Positions 37,120 to 49,817 of a stretch of DNA of 64,000 bases are shown one piece after another. Position 1 is the first letter of the stretch. The number at the start of each line of letters is the position of its first letter. The notes beneath the pieces were generated by a model. It was not told where the DNA came from. It was given only the letters and a program-made list of their open reading frames with translations, and searched no databases. This DNA comes from Takakia lepidozioides. Lineage: Eukaryota; Plantae; Bryophyta. Both the position numbers and the translations under genes were made by a program. The stretch spans positions 70,928,001 through 70,992,000 of the forward strand of contig CM060731.1 of assembly GCA_030704615.1 (NCBI GenBank). The letters run 5' to 3'.

Positions 37120-40100
37120 ATGGTGCTCGTGCTGCAGATACCTTGAGCTGCCAATCGTTGAGTGTTTATGGCTCCTGTGAGCGACGCCTGGGCGAGCTCT
37201 TTAAGGCGATGGCGGTGGCTTAGAGATGAGGGAAGACTCCCTGTCTCAGTTGTTTGTTTCTTTTGCTGCACAAGGCAACCGCGGCAGTGGTGGCGGAGGC
37301 ACCACCTGCATGCCTACGACGTTTCCCTAGGAGCCCTCCTCTGGATCTTTGATGAATGGCGAAACAAGGAAGTCTCTCTCCCTCCCTTTATAAACCCTAC
37401 CTTTCGAAACCAAGCTCTTTTTTTCTTGTGCTTGGCAAGACCTTGCTTTGGTTAAGGTAGCAGTGTTGTGGTGCTGCCAGAGTCCTCCCTGCACGGTTAG
37501 GCTTGTGGAGAGATGGCGACTCTCCCCCAAACAGTAAAAAAAGGTTCTTTTTTCTGTTGGTTTTGCTTCCTTACTTGCTTTGGCATTCTCTGCGCTTAGA
37601 TTGAAGTGTATTTGACCTCGATAGCAAGTGTGGAAGCCTGCTACTCACCTCGTACATCCTCACTAACTCACAATGCGTTGTGGTTGTTTTTGGGACGGGC
37701 ACGGGTGAGGGCTTCCACTTAATATTCTGATGTCTAGGTGTGGCTGGATGCCAAGGGGAAGGAATCGCTTGCCAGGGACTCATCCTAAAATGTTGAAAAA
37801 CTAAACTACTCTATGGTTTTTTTTCTTGATCCTGCCTCTTTCCTTCCTTGATTTTTGAAGAACAAGTGTAATGCTTTCTACGATGGGCTAGTTCAGCCCA
37901 GCCAGTGGAAAACCTCAGTTATGTTGTGACGGCCGGGTTTATGATGGCTTGTGTGGGAGGCACACATCTGTTTTCCAGGCCCTAGTTTGCTTTGCTTACC
38001 TTATGGTAGTTGGAAACAAATTGAGAGGCTGCAAGGAACTGTTTGTTGCAGCTACTCGGGTACCTCTGTTGGTATAAGACCCCTATTATGTTCCAACCCA
38101 GATGGCTTTGTTAGCTAGATGCTTAGGCCAGGGTATGGTGAAGTTTCTGCCTGTGGCTATTCGGCTGACACTAAAATATGGCAGTAATATAAATGGTAAC
38201 TGGTTTTTGAGGCAGCCAGGGTGGTCAAGTGGAAATACCCCCTGGACATGGTATAATGACATGGTCAAATGTGGAATGATGTGAAGGGTGTACTGACAGT
38301 ATCATATACTGTCACAGGATGTGTATGCAGTCCTTTATATTTACCTTGCTTTGTCATGAGCTTTGATTTTCAGCTGTAGCAAGAAATAAAGGTATAGAGG
38401 TGTTATGGAAAACTTACCAGACATATCCACATCCCCTGTGGGGGCAAGCTGTACTGCACACCAATCTAAACAAATACTGGCAAGGCAAGGTATTTAAATC
38501 TGTGATATCCAAGTGTTCCTTTCTTTTTTAAGAAAAACCTCCATGACACCAATGGGATTTTAGTAAGTATGCTTGGATTACAGCTTGCAGATAGTAAATC
38601 TGTATGACTATGTGACGTGCACCACATCAAGGCCAAAATATGGCCAAGTACCCGCCATCCCACCCAGACCTCTGTAAGTGTATCATGATCATGACTGGTG
38701 GTCAATCAGCATCAGTGGCATACTCTTTGGGTTATGAATAATACTGACATGAACACATTACTGTGCATGGATGTAATTCTGGATTTTCTAAGCTTGATGG
38801 TTGATGGATGGTGCCACTGTTAAGTGGCTGATATGTCTATTTATTCTTTCATGACAACGACCCTAGGGGTCCTGTCTTTGTCTTGACATGACAAAACGTA
38901 TCTTCCCTCTCTTTTTTGTTGTTCACAAAAGTAAACAACCCACAAGGGAGAGTGGGTGCAGAAAAAATTAAAAGATTGTACTCATAAGACGTTGTTTGCC
39001 GTAGCCTTGTGGCCATTGACCCCGCGCCCAGTTTGAGCGAAAAAAAAAGGGACAGAACCTGCCTCTGTCAGGGGCTGACGTTGGTAGTAAGACTTTTTGT
39101 TGGTAGTAACACTTGGATATCACAGATTTAAATACCTTGCCTTGCCAGTATTTGTTTAGATTGGTGTGCAGTACAGCTTGCCCCCACAGGGGATGTGGAT
39201 ATGCCTGGTAAGTTTTCCATAACACCTCTATACCTTTATTTCTTGCTACAGCTGAAAATCAAAGCTCATGACAAAGCAAGGTAAAATTAAAGGACTGCAT
39301 ACACATCCTGTGACAGTATATGATACTGTCAGTACACCCTTCACATCATTCCACATTTGACCATGTCATTACACCATGTCCATGGGGTATTTCCACTTGA
39401 CCACCCTGGCTGCCTCAAAAACCAGTTACCATTTATATTACTGCCATATTTCAGTGTCAGCCGAATAGCCACAGGCAGAAACTTCACCATACCCTGGCCT
39501 AAGCATCTAGCTAACAAAGCCATTGGGTTGGAACATAACAGGGGTCTTATACCAACAGAGGTACCGAAGTAGCTGCAGCAAACAGTTCCTTGCAGCCTCT
39601 CAATTTGTTTCCAACTACCATAAGGTAAGCAAAGCAAACTAGGGCCTGGAAAACAGATGTGTGCCTCTCACACAAGCCATCATAAACCCGGCTGTCACAA
39701 CATAACTGAGGTTTTCCACTGGCTGGGCCGAACTAGCCCATCGTAGAAAGCATTACACTTGTTCTTCAAAAATCAAGGAAGGAAGGAAAGAGGCAGGATC
39801 AAGAAAAACCATAGAGTAGTTTTAGTTTTTCAACATTTTAGGATGAGTCCCTGGCAAGCGATTCCTTCCCCTTGGCATCCAGCCACACCTAGACATCAGA
39901 ATATTAAGTGGAAGCCCTCACCTGTGCCCGTCCCAAAAACAACCACAACGCATTGTGAGTTAGTGAGGATGCACGAGGTGAGTAGCAGGCTTCCACACTT
40001 GCTATCGAGGTCAAATACACTTCAATCTAAGCGCAGAGAATGCCAAAGGAAGCAAGGAAGCAAAACCAACAGAAAAAAGAACCTTTTTTACTGTTTGGGG

Positions 40101-40504
40101 GAGAGTTGCCATCTCTCCACAAGCCTAAACGTGCAGGGAGGACTCCGCCAGCACCACAGCACTGCTACCTTAACCAAAGCAAGGTCTTGCCAAGCACAAG
40201 GAAAAAAGAGCTTGGTTTCGAAAGGTAGGGTTTATAAAGGGAAGGAGAGATACTTCCTTGTTTCGCCATTCATCAAAGATCCAGAGGAGGGCTCCTAGGG
40301 AAACGTCGTAGGCATGCAGGTGGTGCCTCCGCCATCACTGCCGCGGTTCCCTTGTGCAGCAAAAAAACAGACAACTGAGACAGGGAATCTTCCCTCATCA
40401 CTAAGCCACCGCCATTGCCTTAAAGAGCTCGCCCAGGCGTCGCTCACAGGAGCCATAAACACTCAACGATTGGCAGCTCAAGGTATCTGCAGCACGAGCA
40501 CCAT
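37120..40504. repeat. Long inverted repeat: ~1.4-kb arms (37120-38517 and 39108-40504) with a ~590-bp spacer
   Basis: Mirror-image ORF translations (e.g. 38102..38284 + and 39341..39637 -); arm ends located by direct reading. Confidence 0.95.
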
Positions 40505-41267
40505 CGCTCCTCATAAGCCGCCATCGCGCGCGCTCACGCAGCGCAAAAAGAAAGACACATTAGGGGTTGCGCAAGGTTTTCCCCTGTCTGGCCCGTCATC
40601 CATCCTTCTCAGGATGAAAAACATCCGCCAGTCTGTCCGCCCGACGGACGTTGTCCGTTTCTCATTCGTGGTTCCTGATCTCTCCCTCTCTCTCCCTCTC
40701 TCTCCCTCAGGACACTGGGCTTATGGAATTGTTGTCCCGACTTCCATCCTTGAGGAAATTGAAAAAAATTGCAAAATTGGGGTGCAGGGAATTTTGGATG
40801 TTCTTTATCCAAAAAAAATTAATAAAAAAACTATATTTTTAGTGAAATATTTCTTCACTAAAAAACCTGTGAAACTCCCATCAGTTTCTATTTTTTCAAT
40901 CCAACCTGGATGAAAAAAAAGACTTCATCTGACATGACCTAAATACAGGGCCAGACAAGTTTTTTTTATATAAAAAATCCCCCATGTTTTTCATCTAATC
41001 TAGATGAAATACGAATAAAATGGGGGGGGGGGGGGTGTGACTGAGCTCGTGGTGCTCAGCAGCTGGTGGTGGTGCTCAGTCACTTCCCCCCCCCCCCCCC
41101 CCACCTTTTTCTTTTCTCTTTGTTGCCCCCTCTCGAGACCCCGAGCACTTGCTGCTCTCAGCCCCCGACATGCTAGGTTTTTTTTGTTTTTGATTTGGAA
41201 TGTTCCTAATGAGGCCAACTTGTGGATTTGCATGACAGGTGCCAGCTTATGGGGAAAGAGAAGAAGT

Positions 41268-43325
41268 CCCATGCCCCAAAGAAAGGGGCGGACAATCCGT
41301 TTGCTCTGTCGGCACGTGTGACCCGCCAGGGCGTCTCACGGCTAACCAGCCCCGTCGACAGCCGCAGCCAGAGGCTCGTCTGCCCCCCGAGGCCAGTACC
41401 CCCCCCCTCTTGTCCACAACTTGGATGCGCCAGGGGCCGGCTCAGCCAGCTCTCCTATTCGGAGGTTGTTGCTGAGTCGGATGCTCAGTTGAGCACACCC
41501 CCGGCACCAAGACGGTGAAATGTACCTTGGCAACCACATCACCCGTTCGGGGCCCGGTATGGGCACCTTTTGGATGTCACCCCCATAGCGACCCCTTCCT
41601 CCGCAGCAAAGGCTGCACTTGCCAAGGCCCAACGTCAGGTTCAAGGGCCTTTGAAAGCCTCCATTGCCAGCCCATTGTTGTCGATGAGGGAGGAGGAGAC
41701 AAGGAGGGCCAATGAAGTGGCCAAAGATAGCGAAGCGCCTCGAAGAAGTCAAGCCGGGTGAGGGCTTCTACCCTGATACGCATTTGGGGGGGGGAGAGGA
41801 GGAGGGATGGGCCGGTTCAAAGTAGCCTAGCCGATCAGCAACACCCGCCCCTGAGCCTGAGCAATCAGCAAAGAAGGGCCTGGACTACGGGGCGCCGCCG
41901 CCGGCTATGCTCCACATCTGGAATCTACTTCCAGTGGCGCTCCGGGAGGGGATACAGCGGGCACATCCGGAAACGGGGACTCCTCCCACATCGGGTGACA
42001 CCAGGGGTGAGTTAAACAAGCTTGCAAAGGTACAACTGTCGCACCTTGTTCCATGATTTATCCTTTCCTTTGCATGCATGATTTTCTTTGTTGTTTGTTT
42101 CTTTTTTGAATTTGGAGGGGTTATTTGTCTTCAGGAGGCAGCAACATGGCTGGCCTCATTGGTGCAGTCCAATGGGGTTGCCAATGAGGGAGAGCACGTG
42201 GTGTTCATGAAGGACCCGAACACCAAAGGTAAGATGAAGAGGCCTCGATCTCCCGAGATCCCTTTTACCATCAATGAAGGGGCTGCCGAGGAGAGAGAGA
42301 GAAAGGAGAGGGAGAAGGAGAGAGAGGAAGTAGCGGGGAAGGGGAAGGGAAGAAGAAAAGAAGAAAAAGAAAAAGAAGTCCCATGGAGAGGAAGGGGTGA
42401 GTGTGCATGCGGGGGAGGGCAGTGGGGTAACAAAGGAGCCGGGGAAGGAGGCTACAAAGAAGGGAGAGGGGGTGGGATGGCTTGGCGATACAGGAGGAGT
42501 GGAGTTGGCAAAGATTGTGGTGCCCACCGGTGGAGGTGAATCGCCATGGTGACCCCTGCGGTGCGTTCTGGGAGGCTATGAAGAAGCCAGCCCTTCGAAC
42601 TCGCATTGAGGTGGTTCCCTTTGCACATCGAGTGGGCTGATCAGCACTTTGGCGCGAAGCGGGCATATGCCCGTGAGTTAGATCGCCGGTTTTCGGGCAA
42701 TTGGAGTGACACAAGCGCGATGGAGATGGTGGGGCGAAACTTGAAGGACAGGAGGTACCGTGCCAGACAGATCATTCAGAGGGCAATGGAAAAGGGGGCC
42801 ATACCCAAACCACCTTATGGAATTACACAGGTTGGAAAATCTTGAATCACGTCACCTTCCATTTGTCGCATGTGCATTAATGAGGTGGATTCGATGCAAC
42901 GTATGTGTGTAATTCACTAATTGTTGGGGGGCGGGGGGGGCATAGGTATCGTGGGATGCACTCATTGCGGGAGAGACTGATGTCGCAAACAAGGCCAAAT
43001 TTGACCGGGCACGCAAAGCAACAACAGTCCGCCTTGACAAGCACGAATCCACACACAAGTGGGGCGCCGGCGGATCCAAGGGTTTTATCTTGCGATTTGT
43101 AAGTCGTACTTCCCTATGGATTTTGTTATGTCTTCTTTCGGGCTCCATCATCGCGAAGAACTGACTTTAATTTGTGGCATGTGTAGCAACACCCGTTTGA
43201 GAGGAAGCCATCTCCGGTAGAGTACAACTACGCCAAGGAGCATGGTTGGCAATCCCTCATGAAGAACATGGCCAACACAGAGGGGATGAGTGCACTATGC
43301 TTGCCCAATTGTGTACCTGCTAACT
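41268..43325 (+). pseudogene. TnpA-like (Transposase_24-like) accessory gene of the first CACTA element; spliced and frameshifted
   Basis: AYARELDRRFSGNWS..LKDRRYRAR..PKPPYGITQ|VSWDALI..KFDRARKA..THKWGAGGSKGF, with GT-AG introns; lies within the CACTA ends. Confidence 0.55.
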
Positions 43326-44812
43326 CAGAGAAAGGGAACTGTAAGTTCTCCCATCCCCAAATACAAAACCAGGAAAAAAACAAAAAACCACCCCCAATTC
43401 ACCCCCAAAATGAACCCCCAACCTCCCCCCACCAGGCTGCCCTCGCGACTGCAGCACGTCGCCAAGGCGACGTGTTTTTTGGGCGGGGGTCGCAAGCAGC
43501 GACGGTCGGGCGTCGCAAACCCATTTGCAGGCGGCAACGCCGAGACCCCCTGCGACGTGTTTTTTTAGTCCAGGGGTTGCGGAGACCGCCACCCTGCCCG
43601 CGCCACGTTTTTATTTTTGATTAAATTTAAAACAAAAGCGACGCCGGAGCGTCGCAACAACCCACGCCCGGGCGTGGCGGAGAAGGACTCCCTGTGTTTT
43701 GTGCCACGCCCAATAGTCGCTGCAGCGACGCACGGGCGTCGCTTGGCGTACCACCCGGCTGACTCCCGGGCAGGTTAGAAAAAAAAAAGGATGCGACGCC
43801 GCGCCGGCGCCCCCACCAACGCCGTCGGCTGGAGGGCCGCGACGGCGAGACGTCGCTCGACCCCCATACGTCGCATTTTTGGGACGTCATTTTGGCGACG
43901 CCCTTGCGACTGCAGGGCGACGGCCGAGCGTTGCAAATTCTGCGCCTCCCGCGTGCCCGAAAAGGGCGTTTTCCCGACGCTGCGGCGTGGCGCGGGCGTC
44001 GCAAAGGCCCCCCTTTTCCTATAGTGGCAACTCATGCTTGGTAACAAGGACACAATCACGGAGCCCATTGCCAAGTATCCATACCGAGAATGTGTTGGCT
44101 ATCTTCAATGGGCATCCCTAGGTACACGGTTTGACATCACGTACTTTGTCAACAATGCCTCACGTTTCAGCAGCCGCCCCAGGAGCATCTATGTGACATC
44201 TGTCAAACGAATTCTGAAGTATATCAAGGGAACGTTGGGACATCATATCACGTATGGCCCTAGTGACCATCTACACCAACTTACCGCTTACTGTGATGCA
44301 GATTTCGCATCAGACCTTGACGACAGGAAATCCAGGTCAGGTTTCATCCTTATGCTAAACACCGGACCCGTGGCTTGGGGGAGCAGGAAGCAGACATGTA
44401 CTGCGGTGAGCACCACTGAATCCGAATATGTTGCTGCCTGTCTTGCCCCTCAGGAGCTTTTGTGGATGCGCAGACTTCTAGCAAGCGTTCGTTCTCCACA
44501 ACGTATCCCGACAACCTTGTTCTGTGATAATCAGGCAGCGATACGATTGGTCATCAATCCTGTCTTCCATCAGAAAACTAAGCACATCGATACGAAGTTC
44601 CACAAGACCCGTGACGCCCAACATGATGGTGATATCTCCCTCACGTACATACCTACAGCGGATCAGATCGCAAATTTGCTGACCAAGCCGCTACCCCGAG
44701 ATCGCTTTGTTCGCCTTCGAGACTTAGGAGGAATGACAATTCCCCTTGACTCCCAGTAATGCACGGTGTTGAAGTGGGAGACGTGTTAAGTCAAGATAGT
44801 GCTGAGTGGGAG

Positions 44813-45247
44813 TATTGGATATGTCCACTTCAGCATTTAGTGGAAGGCCAAGTCAGCACATTGTGAAGACTTAACACGTAACTGTACACAGAGGGATCGG
44901 GGGTTAATGCAGGGTTAGCTAATGCACGTAGCATGTAATCTGCATGGCAGCCTCTCCTGGGCGGGAGAGTAGAGTCAAGGTTTAGACAATCCTGCAGGAC
45001 TGTTCTCTTCTTGTTCTTGAGAGTGAGGGGTACGTCATGTGTGAAGGACTGAGGTTTGCCTGAGCTAGGGATTAGCAAGAGGTTAAGTAAGTGTATGCTC
45101 TGGTACCAAGCCTTTGGTACACAACATGTAAGTGACTACTTGTTTAATATATTCTGATTGCCTGTCAAGCAAGTGTGTGGAGTCAGCTTGTAAGAGTTGT
45201 GATATGTTAGTACCGTAGGTACTATAGCTGTATTGGTACTTCCAATA
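44813..45247 (+). repeat. Shared LTR: 3' LTR of Copia copy 1 and 5' LTR of copy 2
   Basis: Preceded by a PPT and followed by PBS GGTTATGGGCTC (45248) and a new gag. Confidence 0.92.
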
Positions 45248-48222
45248 GGTTATGGGCTCTTGTGTTATCCTGTAAGTTGCGCCTCCGTGTGTGTCGGAGT
45301 ATATTGGTTTTCTTGCCGGACTTTTAGTATTAGACCAGTATACAGTAGTCTATTTCTCTACATTCTTTGTTTTCCCTCTTTTTTAGTATATCTCGTGTGT
45401 GTCAGTTCTTGGTATCTGCCATGGCAGAGACTAGCCGTGAGCATCTAGGTTACATATCTAGGTTCAAGGGGTCCAACTTTCACCTCTGGAAGTTTCAGAT
45501 GAGAGCCATACTTCTTGGAAAAGACTTGATGGAAGTAGTAGATGGGACAGAGGCAAAACCTGCTGAAACAGCAACCGGAGAGGAGAAAGTAGCTTGGAAG
45601 AAGAGGGATAATGTTGCCTACAGTCTTTTGACACAGGCGCTTGATGAGGTGGTCTTGCCATACATTATGAGTTGTGTGACATCAAAGCAAGTCTGGGATA
45701 TGCTCAAACTGTATCACGAACAGAATGCTTCCGAGAATGTTCACACGCTCCAGCAAGACTTCTATGAGTGCGTGATGGTCGATGAGGAGACTGTTGCCAG
45801 TTTTCTTGGCCGCTTACAGCTCATAGTCCAACAGTTAGCAAGTCGTGGAGATACGACGTTCAATGAGCAAGCGGTGATATCCAAGATCCTATGCAATCTT
45901 CCTAGAGGGTTCGATACTCTCATACCTGCATGGAGAATGCAAGCGGCAGAGAGCAAGACTCTTGCAAACTTGACTCTGCAGCTTCTTCAGACAGAAAGGA
46001 TGCTCAAGAGTCGTGCGGATGCGAGCGTAGCAATAGCAGCGGCTTATTTGGCATCATCTACAAGAGGCAAGAAGCCATCAGACTATCCCTTTGAAGAACG
46101 TGCGGCAAGACGCAAGGAGATTGATGATCGGAAGAAGAACACCGATTGCTGGAAGTGCGGTCATCCTGGCCATCGGGGTCGTGAGTGCATGGCATCAGAA
46201 GAAGACCAACAGATTTTCCAAGAGTCACAAAATGCCAAGAAACGAGCTACCAAGATGGATTCAGGTAGCAAGAACAAGCCATTGGGGTTCAAGGCCTATA
46301 TGGCAAGTGACTCAAGTTTCAGCTCCAGTAGAGCGCGTGAGTCCACTTTCTGGTATGTCGACAGTGGGTGTACTGAACATATGACGGACAATGGATATTT
46401 CTTCGCAACTTACAAAGACATCTCGATGGAGAATCGCCCAGTAGAAGGTATCGGTGGGGTGATGCTCCAAGCTGTTGGAGTCGGGGACATTATAATCAAG
46501 ATCAAGCATGCTGACGGGTTTACCTATGGAGTGCTAAAAGGTGTAGTGCATGTTCCAAATCTTGGCCGGAATTTATTTTCGTCATATGTTGCAGCACAGC
46601 GGAAGCATTATACTCTACACATGGACACTGAATGTCATTTGCTAGAGGAAGGGAAGGTTGTGATGACTGGAGTAGTTCACAACAGGATGTATCGAATGCA
46701 GTTTGAAGCTATCCCACCTAAGGACACCCTCTCTGCGATGTCCGCCAGCACAGTTGGTGCACCGACAGTCGCACAATGCAAGCAGTCGCTTGAACTTTCT
46801 CACACACCAACCATGCGACGATATAGATGATGGCATCGCAAGAACTGGTGGAAGGATTGTTGCTCACCAGTAAAAATCATCGGTTCTGCCCGGGATGTGC
46901 GTTGGGAAAACAACATCGAAACCCATTCCCAACCACTGAGCCCAGGCAATGGTCACAATTTCCAGGCGATCTTGTACACACAAATTTTTGTGGTCCTTTA
47001 AATGTAACATCAGTGGGAGGGGCTCTGTATATTTGTTTGTTCAAGGATGACTCATCTGGGTTCAGAGTAATTGAGTGTCTGAAGACTAAGGCAGAAACTC
47101 TTGCTGCATTCAAGCGGTTTGTGGCTCAGCTCAAACGTGAGACAGGCAACTCAGTGAAGATCCTCAGAAGTGATCGTGGTACAGAGTACACGAATGAAGC
47201 CTTCATGAGATGCTTGGATGAACAGCAGATCAAGCAAGATCTCACCATCGCGTTCATGCCAGAACAGAATGGTTCCTCGGAATGGGAGAACAGAACGATT
47301 ATTGAGGCTGTAAGAACCATGTTACATGCGGCACATGTACACATTAGGTTTTGGGCCGAAGCACTATGTGAAGAACCCTGCTCCTCCATTGCAGTGGTTG
47401 CTCCTCAAACACTCCCATCTCCTTACATTCTCGCGCATCAAGTATGCGTGAGTGTTAGAGGACTGTTTGGGACTTAGACGCTTTTACGGGATCTGTGGGG
47501 TACCCTTAATTTTTACACAGACTGAGACCAACATGAGCCTTAGGGGTGACAGCAACAGGCTTTAGGGGGAGAGAGATCACACACAGCCGTCACAGCCCAA
47601 CACAAGCCAGTCACAGCTTCGCACAGCCGACACAGCCCAACACAGCCAACACAGCCAGTCACAGTCAACACAGCCCGTCACAGCCAATTGTCCGCGACCA
47701 CTCCGGGAACCACTTGGTAGTAAACAGGATTACTGGAGAGTCGAAACAGACAATGTGGGCCCACGGGGGCATTTCAGTCCATGAACCACTGCGCATTCAT
47801 TGCACCCATGACTCGGCAGCACATTTGCTGACGTGGCTTTCACAAAAAGAGGTAAACTAAATGTGGCCCTTGGGGGAAGAATAGATATTTTAATACGTGC
47901 TGCCTCCACTGGCAAGACAAGGATGCAAGTGCTGCGTCGGACATGGCGGGACGTGGGAATGGAAATCCAGACACGGCAAGGCCTTCGTATACTGTGACGC
48001 GCGTAGTGGCTTCTTCTCAGAACGGTGTGACATCGGGGTCTTGTCATTCATCATTTACAGAATGTGTTGGATGGAAGCACGATGGAGCGCGCATACGGGC
48101 ATGCCCTTCTGGCATCAATTCCCAAGTATCCACGCAAGGTGAGGCTGCTGAATTGGGTTTTTGCCCGTCTAGTTTTCTGACAGCATGCTCGAAACGTTCA
48201 TAGTGCCATTGAGTGCATCGCA

Positions 48223-48925
48223 ATAATTTGATGTGTAGCTGCTTTTCCATTTCACAAGTTATGCAGAAGGCGTCACAAAAAGAAGATCGCAAAGACGTCA
48301 AGGCTGAAGAATATGCCCTTTGGTTGTGAACTACAATCATATCATGCCAAACCCATTTTGCCCACGCAGATGAGGGAGACATTCTGCATTTGCGAGTGGG
48401 ACTTAATTCCTCTAAACCCAGCTTGAAGGCAGTTGTGACACCAGAGAAACTGGAAACTACCTCCAAGAAAGTTGAAACTCGCAAGATAGTCATGTATTCA
48501 TCTCATTATCTCCAACTGGGATTCGAGTTATCATCCGACCCTTTACATGTGCGCTGGAATGGAGTATAATTCTGGTTTAGGCAGTTATTGCCACCAGAAT
48601 TCGCTTCTCCAATTTTTACATTTAAGGATGTGTCTGTGTTTATGGCACTCTTTCTCCCAAGGAGGCCTAAGTACCCCCCTGTACTTGCAAGAATTTGATG
48701 TGTAGCTGCTTTTCCCTTTCATAAATTATGAAGAAGCAGTCGCAGAAGAAGATCGCAAAGAGGTCAAGGCTGAAAGCGTTCATTAAGGTTGTGAACTACA
48801 ATCATATCATGCCAACCCAGCGGCGGCAGATGGTGTCATGAGACATTCTGCGATTTCCGCATAGGTGGACTTAATTTTGATGTTGACTTGAAGGCAGTTG
48901 TGACACCAGTGAAATTGGAAACTAC
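48223..48925. repeat. Diverged direct duplication of ~240 bp (48223-48460 and 48692-48925)
   Basis: AATTTGATGTGTAGCTGCTTTTCC...GAAGGCAGTTGTGACACCAG..GGAAACTAC occurs twice. Confidence 0.8.
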
Positions 48926-49817
48926 AGGTTAGATGATGGCGTGCTGCATCCGACATAAACCTACATTTGACATTCAGGCTTAGGATTCATGCAATTGGTG
49001 CTAGTCAGGCCTGCACAGTTCCAGAGCACAAGTGGGAGCCCATCCGAGGGATGGGGACCTCGTAAGTGCTTCTTCATTTTGTACTCACCTTGTTTTTGCA
49101 TCGCACTTGTGCTACAAGGGGCAGAGCCATTCATTTGGCTGGAGGTTCAATTCCTCTACAAGTGAGCTATTCTCTCACTACAATCAGTTAGATGCTGGTT
49201 GCTGGATTTGCGGCTCTGGGGTGTCTTGCCAAGTGCTTGCAGGGATCAACGTTAATGTGGACGTGGCAGTACATGTAGCAAAAAAGCTCATTCGCTGGTG
49301 AAGAAGACCATGTTGCAACACATATGTCATGCTATTGCTTCGAAGTGCTGTTGGGCAGGTGGGAGAATGCAACAACGGTGAGAAGGAAAGCAAGGGAAGC
49401 ACAAAAAGGTGTCGTTGGTCTTGCTCCTTTGGAGACACCCCCCATTCCACTGGTCTTTGTTCCTAGAAAGCATGCAGCTGGGCCAAAAATATGCATGCAC
49501 ACATTCACGTCTACTTCCCGTACATGAAGACGATCCTCTCCTCACATGTCAGAAACAATATTGGCAGAACAAAAAAAGGTTTGTTCACAAGACAGTACGG
49601 ACCACATATCGGGACATTATCGATACTATTAACTGTCTCGCCCTTGCGCGCTTGCAGGACTGTACAAAATGGGTTCTAAGGACAGTAAGAGTCCTTAGCA
49701 TAGCTCTTGTCTATGAGCTGCTGGCTTAATGGACACTAAGATTCAGCTGGGCTCACTATCTATATCCAAAATAATCTTCCCCTTCACTACCCACATCTGC
49801 AATTTGCCTTGCGGTAA

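Larger units (their letters stand above)
28831..44026. mobile_element. CACTA (En/Spm) element without a recognisable DDE transposase; 3-bp TSD GCA
   Basis: CACTACAGCAAATGGGG...CCCCCCTTTTCCTATAGTG; GCA at 28828-28830 and 44027-44029; GCGACGCC/GGCGTCGC subterminal repeats at 28898-29412 and 43440-44000. Confidence 0.93.
24970..45247 (+). mobile_element. Ty1/Copia LTR retrotransposon copy 1 (defective), interrupted by a CACTA insertion at 28831-44026
   Basis: gag from ATG 25582, protease WYVDSGCTEHM, GAG-pre-integrase/integrase (ILRSDRGTEY), RT (QFDVRTAFLYG, IWVDDG) and RNase H 44030-44759 (YCDADFA, FCDNQAAI, KTKHID); PPT TGAGTGGGAG; contains stops and deletions. Confidence 0.95.
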
